Source: Basidiobolus meristosporus CBS 931.73
Taxonomy: Eukaryota; Fungi; Basidiobolomycota
Assembly: GCA_002104905.1 (NCBI GenBank)
Contig: MCFE01000426.1
Location: 1 to 64,000, forward strand
Direction: 5' to 3'
DNA length: 64,000 nucleotides
Numbering within the stretch: the stretch's first letter is position 1; each line of letters begins with the position of its first letter. Position numbers and translations under genes: made by a program. This document shows, one piece after another, positions 34,400 to 45,785 of the stretch. The notes beneath the pieces are model-generated. The model was given only the letters and a program-made list of their open reading frames with translations, was not told where the DNA came from and made no database searches.

Positions 34400-36651
34400 T
34401 CAGATGAAACACATGATTTGATCGTTGTACGGCTGATGATTTTTCGTAAACAACCGTGCGACGTTTTTCAGGAAAGGTAAATAAACATGTAGCCCAACCT
34501 TTGCCTTACCAACCAGTTTGCTCAGTTCAAAGTTCAGAATATCGGACTGCTTCAGATTGATGATGGGCGTAGTGGACTCATGGATACCACTCTTGTCTGG
34601 ATATAGCCAACTGCTCGATTTGATCTTTTCTTTCAAGAAGCCATCGACTATGAATACACCTTTGGCGTCGAGGCAATCAAGGAATACTTGGGTTTTGGTC
34701 AGGCTCGTGAAATACAAATGGGTGATGTTCTCTGGATTGAATTCTCTCTTGAAGTGATTTGCTACGTGGAGTGTTTGCTTCATAAAATCTGATGAATAAG
34801 TTGGTCTCCAATCGCTAGCAGCAAATGGTGGACTCGTAAGCAGCCTGAAATCGATTGGCTCAAGAACCATTTTGCTGAGTGAGGCAGCATTTTGCATCAT
34901 TGTTCCGCTTGCTGGAGTCAAAAGTTTGGTCATTTCCAGTGAATATAAGACAGGAAGCGAATTTGTAGATGGGTTATCTCCGTGGCCTGTCTCTTCTGTG
35001 GATCGATTCTTACTTGGGTGCTGAGATAACATTGGCGTCTTATTTGCTGGACATTGTAGCCCTATATCATGCTTAAATTTCTACAGTGTAAGTCCCAAAT
35101 ATTCATGTTGAATGCATTGAAGGCCCTAATACCTGACCAGATGGTTGATCCTGTGGATCTACTTTGGTTTCGTCTATACAGTTGGATTCCAGGTGCTTCA
35201 TTGTCAAGTATCCTACGGCAGAGGGGAGTTCGTCGCAATAAACATCATTGGTGGGTGCTTGTGTAAGCATGGCAACTTCACCGAATTCCCCAAGGATCTC
35301 GTGCTTAGACTCAAAGTTTGTGAGCCTTGTACACATCTGACGGCTAAGGAATCCCCTGATGTAGCTTTGGAGCTGTAGGGTATAGTCAGTATTGGAGTAT
35401 CTATAAATAGATCATACTTTCTCTTGGTACCTTAACTACGGTATGTTCAGCCTGTTGCATATCTTCCAGTTTACGGCGGTAGTCCCTTCTGCAAAGCACA
35501 CCTCGAGCCTTTGCTTGGATTGCAAGCAGGACACTGGCGTTGCGCATGCCGTACGGGTGTGCTATATGCTCGCTACTGGTTGAACAGAATATGGCATCTT
35601 ATGGATGATTGATCAAATGAACTAGGTAAAGGCCATTGATCATCCAATTACCTTGACGTTTCTGAATCTCCTGTGATAGAATCGCTTCGACACACTTGAA
35701 AGTAGGGATGGGGGCTCCTATTGCCTCAAGCTCCTTCAGGGCAGCCTGGATTTGCTCCTCTGTGAATGAGACATTAGAGTGTGAAAAGCAGCTCAAGAGA
35801 TTCAGATATACCAGAGAAGTGGAGTTTTCCTATCAGATTGTTCATCTTTGGACCACGGCCTTGTTGAAAGAGATAATGGCTGAAGCATAGTTAGGCAGGG
35901 GCTCGATTGATGATAGGATTCATTTTAGTAAGTACCCGAGTGCATGGATACAATAGATCACTTTTGGGAGGTTTTTCTTGGCGTATAGGTCTGTAAGCTC
36001 AAAATGAAAATTCTATGCACCAAGTTAGAAAGGAGCGCTGAAAGACAGGCCTCCGGGTTAGGTAGTTACCTCAGGAAGGCCAATCTTTCTAATGGCATCC
36101 AAAAAGTAATTGATATTGTCGGAATGTCTATATTGTATTCTAGGATCCTGATCGAACATTAGTAAGAATTGTAACACTACCAAAATTCTTGATCCATCGC
36201 TACTTGAAAGATTTTTTTGACACTGCTCGGTTCATAAATTCGGGCTATCTTGGCGATGATCACTCCATCTCGCAAGCTTTGCTCGATCTTATCGATGGGT
36301 GCTATTTCCTCTTCTATGCAAGTCTCAAGCCAACTAATATACAGAGCCTGATTAGATTCGCCTCCCACCAGAAGGATTGTACACCAGTTTTACTCTTTTG
36401 CTTCTCCTATGTGACACAGGTACTCGTATACCTGGATGTTACGTCTCTCCATATCGATCCATGCAGCATTTCTTCGAGCTTGAAAGGAGCTGCTGTCGAT
36501 GGTGGAATTCTTCTGTAGCCTCAGCCTTCCTTTCAAGCCTTCACGAAAATTGAATATTGCGAACTGAAAGCAGAATCCGGCAAGACTCACCTGCAACGCC
36601 CTCAGGCTCAGGGGAAGTCAGTGTTCTAGTAGTTATCGTGCGGATCACCAT
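34400..36651 (-). CDS. IQGAP-related protein: CH domain + IQ motifs + divergent C-terminal domain, no RasGAP domain
   Basis: Ten exons splice in phase: DMERRNIQVYEYLCHIGEAKD|WLETCIEEEI...SLRDGVIIAKIA...|DPRIQYRHSDNINYFLDAIRKIGLPE|NFHFELTDLYAKKNLPKVIYCIHAL (the IQGAP CH signature). IQ motifs IQAKARGVLCRR and LQSYIRGFLSRQ follow, then the frame runs into ORF 34400-35032. Confidence 0.8.
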
Positions 36652-36982
36652 AATGCAGCATGAAAAGCGCTCGTTTTAAATATCTATCAAGTTAATCTAT
36701 ATTAAGGTGCCAGTGTAGGAAGTCGGAATTCCTGGTTATATATGGAAAATCACTCAATAATGTTCATTATTGCTTGGATCAAACGGATAAACTACCCCAG
36801 TGAGGGCGGTCGGGAATTTCGAAGTCCCACACACTCGGCACCATGAACACAATGCACTGTATCGGGCCTAGTGCTATTCCAAGTGTTCTTTGATACGCTG
36901 ACTTTATTGATCCCAATTATTACGCAATGCTGAACCAATTGAATGGGGATGTTTAAAATATCTGGATCTATATGTATACGGA

Positions 36983-38524
36983 TTAGCTAACTAACAGAGG
37001 GAAGGCTATATAATTCAACCTCGAGTTCTCATTCAAATCTTTCAGAGAATTCTCGGTGATCACCAAATCAGAGATGTGAAGATACTTTAATCTCCGACAA
37101 CACCTTATAGCAGTGTGGACAATGAAGTCACCACATAATGGAGTGTTCGCAATGGGCTCCCCGAGGGCGATGTGCACCAATTGTATTGCTGTTCTCATAA
37201 ATTCACACATCTCGGCCGCGGGGAAGGTCATCTTTTGAATATCTAGATATCGCAGGTTGCTGGAGTAACGAATCATGCTCTGTAGAGTTTCCGAATCTAT
37301 CAGGTCGGTGCCCACCTGGCTGACCACGAGTTTGTGCAAACTGGGTCCAGCTGTCTCAATGATCTTACGCACCGTTCCACAACTCACGTATGGAAGCTTG
37401 CAAAGGTGCAATTCCTGGAGGTTTTTGCACGCTGGATAGATTTTTCGGAACTCTTTGTCGCTCATGTTGAAGCAGTCATGGAATTCTATGCATTTGAGGT
37501 TGTTAAACTGGCCGATCTTTTCAAGCCCACTTTTACTTGGAATGTAGTCTACTATGCGGAGTTCTTGAAGGCTGTTACCGTGGTGTGTGAGTAGTGCGTC
37601 AATGGTTTCCGTCAATGGTTTGTGGGCGCCCTCCACATGTAACGCCCTTAAATACCCGGGTTCTTGTGCAGCGATGAGTGCGGCGATATCGCTATCTTCT
37701 ATTTTGGCGACCCAAGGATCAAGGTGAAGGCTGATCTTACGGAAACTGCGGGCCGATTTGCAGATGGTATCCAAGTAGATATCCTCTGTACACGGGGAGC
37801 TGGTAGGGTCATACCTCCAATGCAATTCCAGCTCCTGTAGGGCTGTCAACTCCGTATCAAGAAATATATCTTTTAACGGAACCATTCCCCTCCAGACTAG
37901 TTTGTGAATGGTATCGTAATTGCCGCCTTTGAAAAGTGACCAGAGCTTTTGCGTAATTTTTTGATCAATCAGCGCCTCTTCAGTTGTATAGCCGATGCAC
38001 CATACGGGCTTCGAGGTTCCATTGACAACTCGAAGAGACTCCTGGAATTTGACTAGATTCACGGTTCTAGCCAAACTTAAATATGGATACAATGGCTTAT
38101 AATGGGTATAGAATGTAGGGCTGCTTATTGCAGGTGAGTAGCGAACCATCTCTCCTTCATCGGGGGAAGTGCCGATTTGTGTGATGAGACGCTGAAGGAA
38201 CATTACTATCTTGGTGAGATAGTCCACCGGAGGTACACATATTGAGTCAATCTTCGAGAAACGAAGCTTCTCATCACTTCCGAATCCATCAGGATCTGTG
38301 CAGCTCAGGTGCGTACGTAAGAGCATCGCAATTCGAATCTTGGCCTCTGCGTCACAAGCTTCGTTGGGGACAAAACTCCATGGGTCTTTATACAAATGGC
38401 ACACACCAAGTAAAGACCAATTCCGGGATACTAAGCATATGCTATACAAGGTTGCGAAATCCTCACTCACCCAACGAAAAATGGTTGGGAGGCAGTCTAA
38501 GGGAAGGCCCAGCTTCTTAATCAT
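36983..38524 (-). CDS. F-box + leucine-rich-repeat (RNI-like) protein, intronless
   Basis: N-terminal LPLDCLPTIFRWV...TLYSICLVSRNW...HLYKDPW, then repeated LxxLxL/C motifs (LQELELH, LKCIEFHDC, LQELHLCKL, LRYLDIQ, LKYLHIS). Confidence 0.85.
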   Translation of the reverse strand: MIKKLGLPLDCLPTIFRWVSEDFATLYSICLVSRNWSLLGVCHLYKDPWSFVPNEACDAEAKIRIAMLLRTHLSCTDPDGFGSDEKLRFSKIDSICVPPVDYLTKIVMFLQRLITQIGTSPDEGEMVRYSPAISSPTFYTHYKPLYPYLSLARTVNLVKFQESLRVVNGTSKPVWCIGYTTEEALIDQKITQKLWSLFKGGNYDTIHKLVWRGMVPLKDIFLDTELTALQELELHWRYDPTSSPCTEDIYLDTICKSARSFRKISLHLDPWVAKIEDSDIAALIAAQEPGYLRALHVEGAHKPLTETIDALLTHHGNSLQELRIVDYIPSKSGLEKIGQFNNLKCIEFHDCFNMSDKEFRKIYPACKNLQELHLCKLPYVSCGTVRKIIETAGPSLHKLVVSQVGTDLIDSETLQSMIRYSSNLRYLDIQKMTFPAAEMCEFMRTAIQLVHIALGEPIANTPLCGDFIVHTAIRCCRRLKYLHISDLVITENSLKDLNENSRLNYIAFPLLVS

Positions 38525-39858
38525 CGAAATATGGACAAGCGAAATCTATGATGCTAAAATATTGGCAATGCTAGCCAAGAAAGGGATAAAGAAGAGGATC
38601 AGGGGAGAGGGCCAGAGATCTTTAGTACAGAGGATGAACAGTCCTGTACCACCCATTAAATATGACAAGGGGCGGGTCATCGTGTACACTTCAGACTTCA
38701 CACATCAGAATGAAAACAGGGATGATCAAATGAGACAGGGTTAGGGTAGGGATTGCCTTGAATGATAAAGACAGTGTCAGACAGAAACCAATAGAGTAAA
38801 TCTTTACAAACACAATTGAGATGCACGAGGTGCCTGTAACAATCACAGTTCATGTTTAATGTCACTTCTGCCATCATGTTGCTTCACTTTGCCTCTCCTG
38901 AAAATGTCTGACTGAGTTAACAAACCTAGGCAAACGGATAGAAAACACCAGTGATCTACAGACCGTTGTGGCTGCTGCGCTGAAGCTCGCTCATGATGCT
39001 TGGACACTTCTTGATGGAGTCTCATGCGTCATTGGCTAGGTTCCAGATCAGCTTGCTGGAGTGACAACTCTGGTGTATTCATAATGGCATGATTCTTAAC
39101 AAATGGGATGGGACATCTTTTCTCCATTTGGACATAGGGGTAACGAACTCCTTTTTATGGTGAATCACATTGCCCGGCATTAGGAAATAAGCCTACTTGG
39201 AAGATTGCAGGGACTAATCATGCCATCCTGCCTGGATAATTGTTGACTCATATATGAAGATCTCATTTTTGCCGACTACCTTTGCTGTACCAGATGATGC
39301 TATATCATGCTATCTACATCCTTCCACTGAGCTGAGGGATGCATTTGCTATGTTCGTGAGTAAATTAGGTAGGTTTCAGACGAATCTGTTTAACTAGGTT
39401 CGGTGTGATGCACTGCTTATTACACCTACTGCCTCAGGGTCTGGAATAATCGGCCATTAGTGCAAAGCATTCACTTCATCCCTGAATTCCCTACTCAGCA
39501 TATGGTCATAATAGTTGCTGATCTGAACAGAGAACCTGGTCACCATTTGCGAACTATAAATACCTGATTCAACTGCGCTAAAGCATTGAAGATTTGGTCA
39601 TTATCAGCATTCCACGCATACAGCACTATGTGCATGTCTGATCGTATCAATTTCCCTGATATCGTGCCCGATTTGATTCACACCTGTTGGCTGGTAAATG
39701 AATCCTAAAATACCAGAGCGGTCTGTAGGTATCGAGGTCACACCGTAGCAACGATGCGCTTTGCAGCATATGTACGTCGAATGCTTGAGTTTATTGTACA
39801 TTATGGTAATTAATGGAAATGACTGATTGGTTCGGTAATTATACACAAATATCACTGA

Positions 39859-40368
39859 TCACGAGTAGGTGGTCTCCTTGGAGGCTACATCTTCCTCCTT
39901 GAGGAACTTGGACTGTGGTTGAGTGGATCTGGTCAACGTTAGCTCACTGGCCAGCTCGCTGCCGAACGATGACTGCTTTAATATCAGGCGTCGATTCTCC
40001 TGCCTCAGCTTCGTCACCTCGCTATCCTTCCTCACAATGATTTGGCGAAGCGCATGAGCGGTAAGCTTCGCCTGGGCTAGCTCTTGAGATAACGCACGGT
40101 TTTGTTCCAGTAAATAAGTATTGTCAATACGTAATCTACAATCATCCATGGGTGTCGTTGGTATCTCCATGTCGGGGCCAGCCTCTAGAGAATTGATCGG
40201 GGAGTCACCACTTGGGGATATGGTATGGCAGGAGTGATGCGTGGGTGGGTGGGATGTCGGGTCAATATTGTGGGTCAAGCTTGGTGCAGATGAAGGAGAG
40301 CCTTTTCGTGTCAGTGATAGAAAGGGAGCGTATCGCGGGGAGGACTGGACACGTCGACGGTTTTTCAT
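39859..40368 (-). CDS. Hypothetical low-complexity + coiled-coil protein
   Basis: A 169-aa open frame from ATG 40368 with a heptad-like segment YLLEQNRALSQELAQAKLTAHALRQIIVRKDSEVTKLRQENRRL. Confidence 0.6.
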   Translation of the reverse strand: MKNRRRVQSSPRYAPFLSLTRKGSPSSAPSLTHNIDPTSHPPTHHSCHTISPSGDSPINSLEAGPDMEIPTTPMDDCRLRIDNTYLLEQNRALSQELAQAKLTAHALRQIIVRKDSEVTKLRQENRRLILKQSSFGSELASELTLTRSTQPQSKFLKEEDVASKETTYS

Positions 40369-41146
40369 GGTGTTGGGAAGAGAAAGAGTGGGCAAAAGTG
40401 GAAGGATGTGGTGGCTTCTTTTAAGAGCAGGGAGAACAACGCCATCAGAGAGTATAACTGGGATTACAATTAACTTGGTTTCAAAAAGAGAGCATTTCCC
40501 GCAGTACACGGATATGGATATATTTGTTTAAATCAAGTGAGAGTGATTGAAGGCTCGTTTAGTCATAGCTGATCGAGTGATGTTATGGGTGAGATTGCTC
40601 AGATGCCTCCGTCATTGTGCCTAAATAACATCTCCCTCGCTTGGTAAGGATGATGCTAAACATACCCAGGCTAGGTCCAGGTCTCAGATTCCTGGCTAAT
40701 GGAGGTGAAGTGATCCAGGAACACGGATGTATTCTTGAATGTCGCTTAATGTTCGATGTGGTTCATGTGGCGGCCTCCATTTGATAAGGACTGCCTCCAT
40801 ATGATTAAGGATAAGCTAATACAATCATTAGAACAAAAAAGTTTTAATTCCTACTTAGCATAACACGAATGTCAAACACAGTATTAAAACACTCCTCATT
40901 TTGCTGAACCCGATGAGAATCGAATTTGCCTCATCATGCCTCCTCTTTCTTTAGACGCATGTAAGATCTATACCTCCTCTCTCTTTAGCTTAACTGATGC
41001 ATCTGTCCCAAGCCACATTAATTATCCGACCCACAAGCCTCCCAACTTAAAGTGCATGAAATAGACTTGGCCATTTTATGTTAATATTACAATAGCGGGT
41101 TTCCTATTTGGTGGAGCCGTGATGTGGGGTATATGTGGATGTCCCG

Positions 41147-42499
41147 TCAATATCTGGAATACCAAAGATAGCGATCCTGACGAATATGTCCATACATCTC
41201 CCCGTCGGGAATAGTCGCTTGAAAACCCTGACTATGGTTGGTGAGCTGGATCTTTGGGGACGGTGTACAAATATTCCACATCGGGTTCTCCGTGGATAGT
41301 GTGGATATATCAGCTGAATATCTACCATTGTGTCGGTAATAGTTCTTTTGGGCCCAGTATATTTGCATCAAAACATAGCGAGTGTTGTATGAGGCGTCCG
41401 GCTTAAAGCAGGCGTCCTTGGTTTGGTTGGAGAAATAGACTGTGCCCCACCATTCGGGGTTGTGGATGTCTTGACTGTATTGAGGAGACCAGGTGTAATG
41501 GTATCTTTGTAGGTGCGCCAGGATGTGGGCTCTCTTTCGACGTCTAGGGCTTTCATCGTCGTTGCTTTCCACGGACTTCGGGGGCCAGCCAGATCTAAAA
41601 CGCTTAGTCAGCTCCTTCAGTAAACCAAAGGCATCACAATTAGTTACCTCATAAAATTGAAGTTTGAATAGCCATCGTCATCGTCTGGTCCTCGCTTGAT
41701 GACATTCTTCAAGCGATGAATTGGGATGGCCATTTCCACAGACCAGTAGCTATTTAAATTCGGCCTTCCAGAGGAAATTTCCTCCACAGAATGGACGATG
41801 TGAACTTCGTGTGACGTAAAGGTGCGAAGTTTGAAGCCAGAGCCCAAATCCCACGGCCTTTCGATACCCCCATCGACAGGGGGTTTCGTGAACTCTACTG
41901 CACGATAAATTCCCAGCGGATTTACTTGGATTCGCTTGTATTGGTGATTTGTTCTATCTACATCCAGGTATACCTCAAAAGTGTTGTCGATGAACTCTAT
42001 GAAATAATGCGACTAGTTAATGGCCATCCCAGAGGCTCCTTATACTTCCTAACGCTCACCTCTGGACCCTGAATCGAGCCTGGTAACATTAGCTGCAATG
42101 AAAGGATCGAACAACATTGCGCCGATATAAACAAAATGGCTATCCCAGGCCACCTGTGCGTTGTGAATTTCAATAGTTCAATATTAGCTCGACGGCCTGC
42201 TGTCGCATATTTGAGTGAGAGTGAGCACTTACCTTTGTTCGCGTTAGCATGCTGATCGGAGGTGGTGGACCGTGTGGGCCTTGAATATTCCCAAAGTCCG
42301 ACGTGTATGCCGCATTTTCCCACACTTCTTCGTCCAGCTTCCCATCGATAACCGGCGCCCGGAAAGTTTTCGGAGCAGGGTAGTGTTTCACCTCGGTTAC
42401 TGAACATCGTTGATTCTCGCCATGACGTGTATGCTGAGCCTCCGTGTACAGGCCCAGAATCCCAAAAGCAAACAAAAAGGAGTAGATCATCTCCACCAT
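41147..42499 (-). CDS. Secreted CBM9-like/DOMON-fold carbohydrate-binding protein, bacterial-type
   Basis: Signal peptide, then APVIDGKLDEEVWENA, TK|VAWDSHFVYIGAMLFDP, DNTFEVYLDVD...QVNPLG...KPPVDGG...WD, WSVEMAIP, NFMR, WSPQ...IHNPEWWGTV, LMQIYWAQKNYYRHNGRY and HIRQDRYLW; 3 introns. Confidence 0.8.
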
Positions 42500-43039
42500 A
42501 GGTCGAAATAAGTAATATAGCTCTATTGAAAGAAAAGGAAGGAGGGAAGAACTGAGCTTCGAGCAAAATAGCCTGTATCCACACAAATATAATGAAAACC
42601 CGAACGGACTTCTATATAAATACAGTTACAAAGAGACAGCGGGAATGGAGATCTGAATGTCGGAATAGAATGAGCTTTCTCATGTGCTCGACTGGACATA
42701 TTTAAGCGAGGGCGCCCCTATACTTCTCAACAAGCTATGCAAGTAAGCACACATATGTGGCTTCGTAAATAAATAGAGAATTCCTCTCCCCAGATACCCT
42801 GAATAAATATACATGGATTCCAGCACATATATTATTCAAGTTTATTTGGACTTCGTACTATGACAATTCTCCGAACGTCATCAATGGTAATTGGTGCACA
42901 ACGATCCTCAGCACATTCAAAGAACAAAAGCCATTTTTGACGGTTTTTACAGGCAGTATTCAAATGGCAAAACTAGACAACCAAAAAACTATGCTCTATT
43001 GGACTATTATTACTATAAAACTAACACTACACGAACACT

Positions 43040-44449
43040 CTACGCGCCTTCTATAAGATCGTCCCAGTGGTAATCACCACGACGATATCTTACTAGAAAT
43101 CTTGGGTAGGTGTTTCGGAACATAAGCTCCTTGACCTCGGCCTGGACAAGACTATACATTTCGACCTCCCAGTGGCCGTTTTTTGCTTGAATTCGAATTT
43201 GACGGAAAGTATCGTCCGTTAGATTCACTTGGAACCTGGCGTGTGGTGCGATGAAGGTCTCGTAGATATCCTTGAGATGCTCCTGAACTACTTCGGGGGA
43301 AGTAGAGTTGGATAGAGTGGCGATTCTCGCGAATGCCTCGTAGAAAAGCACACACTCCACAGTGAAATCGGCCACTGCAAACATCTTGAACTGGTAAAAG
43401 ATGTTTGGTTTCTGAAGCATTGCCTCGAAGGACTCTCTGGTCCTATCCAAAACAAGAGACTTTCCCTTGACGATGGGATGGCTGAGTGGTTTACCCTTCC
43501 GCAAATCGATCAGGTAGCTTTCAAACAAAGGCACTACGATGAGTAAAATGTAGACAAGGACCAAAGGAATCAGTGTCCATATCAGGCCAGAGACATCAGG
43601 ATCTATCTCATCTCTTATCTTATCTGTAGAGACAAAAATTAGTTGTAGCGTGTCTCCGATGACATTCACAGCTGTGGCACTAGCAAGCTCCCGCCGAATT
43701 CCGTATGCATCGTGAGCATTGCGCATCAGTAAGATCAAAATTGGTATGATCACCAGTCCATAAACGTAGCAGAGAACTCTACGCGGAACGTACTCCATGC
43801 CTGCGTAACAGTCCGTTGTAGGAGCCGGGCTCTGATTCAACCGAATGCTGAAGAGGTGCACAAGTGCGTTGATGCCACTATGGATTAACACAAATATGAT
43901 GAGCCAAGTGGTCATGTAGTTTGGGGTTGCGACGTATCGTCGTTGGTAAAACCAGTTGTTCTCTAGAATGGTGTCGTGCTTGATAGAACTGAGCTGGCTC
44001 GCCTCTACTGAATTCGTCTGGGTTAGGCTACGCAACTCCACGGACTCGTGGCTTTTTCTTTTGCTGAATGGGAATTTGGCCGGCTTTTTGGAGACCAAAC
44101 TCGGCTCGCCACCCATCTTCGTCAGCGCATCTTCCAGCTTGGCCTCGCTGATTTGGTAAAAGAAATACAGCTTGACACACCTACCGATGATTGAAATGTA
44201 TATCACGGGATACACAATCCCTGACATCCACAACACAACAGCACACGGAATCTTCGCTTGATTGTTGGCACGAGCAACCATCAATGCGATCATGGCGCAT
44301 ATCCCTATCGCGGCAGAAAGTGTCAGTCGAGGTGAACGATAACGAATGCATGGGTATCTTCTTCTATGCCATATCAACGAACAGGCAAAGCATGTTTGCA
44401 GCACCCAGAAAGCGCCTATAACATAAAGTACAACTACGTAGGTCTCCAT
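43040..44449 (-). CDS. Multi-TM (GPCR-like) protein fused to C-terminal RGS domain (GprK/AtRGS1-type)
   Basis: Intronless, 469 aa, about seven hydrophobic segments. IRYRSPRL follows TM1, and the RGS domain reads FEAMLQKPNIFYQFKMFAVADFTVECVLFYE...IYETFIAPHARFQVNL...LMFRNTYPRF. Confidence 0.88.
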   Translation of the reverse strand: METYVVVLYVIGAFWVLQTCFACSLIWHRRRYPCIRYRSPRLTLSAAIGICAMIALMVARANNQAKIPCAVVLWMSGIVYPVIYISIIGRCVKLYFFYQISEAKLEDALTKMGGEPSLVSKKPAKFPFSKRKSHESVELRSLTQTNSVEASQLSSIKHDTILENNWFYQRRYVATPNYMTTWLIIFVLIHSGINALVHLFSIRLNQSPAPTTDCYAGMEYVPRRVLCYVYGLVIIPILILLMRNAHDAYGIRRELASATAVNVIGDTLQLIFVSTDKIRDEIDPDVSGLIWTLIPLVLVYILLIVVPLFESYLIDLRKGKPLSHPIVKGKSLVLDRTRESFEAMLQKPNIFYQFKMFAVADFTVECVLFYEAFARIATLSNSTSPEVVQEHLKDIYETFIAPHARFQVNLTDDTFRQIRIQAKNGHWEVEMYSLVQAEVKELMFRNTYPRFLVRYRRGDYHWDDLIEGA

Positions 44450-45524
44450 TCGTGTAGGGGACCTCCACAGGGAATGTGCCTAAACAACAGCTAAGAACCC
44501 GCGAGAGTCCAGCTATATATAGGCCCTATGGGAAGTCTCACAAATTATTCATCCCAAATAGAGTACCATGATGTGAACATAGCACAATATGGCAATACCA
44601 GCAATAAGCTGGATGATATTCGGGCACAATTTGAAGCGATGGGGCAAAATCTAACCACTGAAAATCCTCGATGGTTAGTTGTTGCTGCGTGTTGGTTGAG
44701 CTCCACACGCTCATGATCGATGCAAACTAAAGCTCAGGTAACACTCGCGGCAGTGATGTATCACAGGTATTCAGGTGGGCTCCAAGTTGCTCAATTGGCT
44801 CGGAGCAATAATGTTCTTTTTCCGTTCTAGACGCATCGAGTGTTCTCTTGAACACTACATTGCAACAGAAGCCCATGTAGCAGTGATTGATGCTATCTAA
44901 TCCAGTAACAAGTTCATCAGAACTTATTTCGGTGACGATTTTCTCGCTAACGCTGATTGCCAGAGGATAGGGGCAATTTTCTTGCCAGCACTGCTTGTCG
45001 GAGGGCAGTGCTGGTTTACTTGTTGGAAGGCGATGGTAATCCGGGTGGAAAAAGCTGCCCATCGTTGGACAAGCGCCTTGCTGCCAATTGCCTGTTTCAA
45101 TCGGGTGAGGGTACCTACCATTAATTCGTTTCGAATAGTGTAGTGACTCACTTGATGATAAGATGTGGTTTTTCTTCGGTCCATGCAGTGTTACATATAG
45201 CATCTGTGATTACCGAGCTATATATTCTTGGCCATTTATGAAACAACCCTTTGCCGACCACTCCGAGCCTGCGAAAGATACAAATAATTTCAGGTTGCTG
45301 CACCAACCCACAAAAGTCTAGTTCGGCGCCTACCCTCAATTTCTGTTTAGCTAGTTCACTATTTAAACAAATTGACTCCAATTGTTCATAAGTCATGACC
45401 ACCCCAAGTGATGGAAAAATTTTCTAGTTGACTTGCCGAATACTCGATGCTGTAAATAAGTGACCAGCACCATATGCCACAATTTGTTGCCTCTCTGTAG
45501 TTATTGTTGGACTATCTTCTCACC

Positions 45525-45785
45525 ATGTTCGGCCGCATACTGAATCTTACTCGAATTACCACCATTGCCCCAACCAGTGTTATCCTGGCCAGGTCTACAC
45601 TTCTCAGACCTGTCGTAACACCAACTCTCCCTTCCTTGGCCAACGGCTCCCTTACATTCTACCGTGGGATGAAGGTCCGCTCTTCCATCAAGAAAATGTG
45701 TGAAGGTTGCTCCATTGTTCGCCGTCGTGGACGTCGTTATGTTATCTGTAACCGTGACCCCAAACATAAGCAAAGGCAAGGATAA
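45525..45785 (+). CDS. RTC6: Mitochondrial ribosomal protein bL36m with presequence
   Basis: R/T/L-rich presequence, then [39 protein letters not shown]. Confidence 0.95.
   Translation: MFGRILNLTRITTIAPTSVILARSTLLRPVVTPTLPSLANGSLTFYRGMKVRSSIKKMCEGCSIVRRRGRRYVICNRDPKHKQRQG

Noticed and set aside
39859-40368. Shugoshin-like N-terminal coiled coil
   Set aside because: Only generic heptad similarity and no C-terminal basic SGO motif; kept as hypothetical.
44528-44716. 62-aa ORF directly after a TATATATA box
   Set aside because: The TATA is too close to this ATG and better explained as the promoter of the divergent GPCR-RGS gene; no homology cues.
44727-45402. Overlapping minus-strand ORFs with intron-like signals
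   Set aside because: No splicing combination I tried gave a continuous frame, and there are no recognisable motifs. It may be a relic but is unsupported.
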